Of a DNA stretch of 64,000 bases, positions 63,640 through 64,000 are shown in pieces. How positions within the stretch are numbered: the stretch's first letter is position 1; every line of letters begins with the position of its first letter. The DNA lies in the NCBI GenBank assembly GCA_951406725.2, contig OX597816.1:73718001-73782000 (forward strand), written 5' to 3'. The notes beneath the pieces were generated by a model. It made no database searches, was not told where the DNA came from, and worked only from the letters and a program-made list of their open reading frames with translations. Both the position numbers and the translations under genes were made by a program. Source of the stretch: Octopus vulgaris. Its lineage: Eukaryota.

Positions 63640-63768
63640 TATTTTATCGATCCCGAAAGGATGAAATGTAAAGTCGACTTCGTGAAATTTAAACTCAGAA
63701 CATAAAGACGGATGAAATACCGTTAAGCATTTTCTCCGGCGTACTAACAAGTCTGCCAGCTCGCCGCC
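63640..63768 (-). mobile_element. SINE family 3, partial copy
   Basis: ATCGATCCCGAAAGGATGAAA...AAACTCAGAAC...AAGCATTT...TGCCAGCTCGCCGCC. Confidence 0.85.
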
Positions 63769-63902
63769 ATAACCAACACCCATAATATTAATCACTAACT
63801 AATTATATTTTCCTCACTGTATAATTGTTACTGATTAGCTGTTTTAATGCTCACCACATTAATTACACATACAACCTTTTCCATCATATCTCATGCCTAC
63901 AG

Positions 63903-64000
63903 GTGTCAGCGAAAGTCTAAAGGCTCGTGATTTTTCGTCCGAAAAATACAGTAGTGATTTCTCGTTGCATTCTGCAGGTTCATTTACAGAATATTCTTTT
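63903..64000 (+). CDS. Possible host coding exon running off the window end
   Basis: Pyrimidine-rich tract plus TACAG acceptor at ~63877-63902, then an open frame VSESLKARDFSSEKYSSDFSLHSAGSFTEYS; short, no recognisable homology. Confidence 0.25.

Overview
AT-rich, microsatellite-saturated animal genomic DNA. The repeat landscape suggests an octopus or other cephalopod (inference). No host protein-coding gene is securely identifiable, and almost all listed ORFs are (TA)n/(CA)n/(TACA)n artefacts. The window is a dense mosaic of mobile elements: two apparently full-length APE-type LINEs of the CR1/L2 group (22931-27589 with an uninterrupted ORF2; ~36951-42686 with frameshifts) plus three truncated relatives, two R4/Dong-type RLE LINE remnants in (TAA)n, an L1/Tx1-like RT remnant, several Penelope-like element (PLE) remnants, a decayed Gypsy element with a tRNA-Ser-type PBS, four mariner remnants (one nested in the TIR of another), a Helentron-type non-autonomous element and at least four tRNA-type SINE families. 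Four observations stand out. (1) About ten hammerhead-ribozyme-like motifs occur, including an intact type I at 27675-27747 and a repeat present twice (806-872, 4808-4874) whose hammerhead strands are in the reverse cyclic order of types I/II/III. (2) Both long LINEs have an ORF1 built from a Myb/SANT-like domain plus CCCH zinc finger(s), and their insertions sit in (TA)n tracts. (3) ORF2 of the intact LINE has no AUG before its endonuclease domain. (4) A LINE and a SINE share a 3' tail, and two near-identical LINE copies form a 2-kb inverted repeat.
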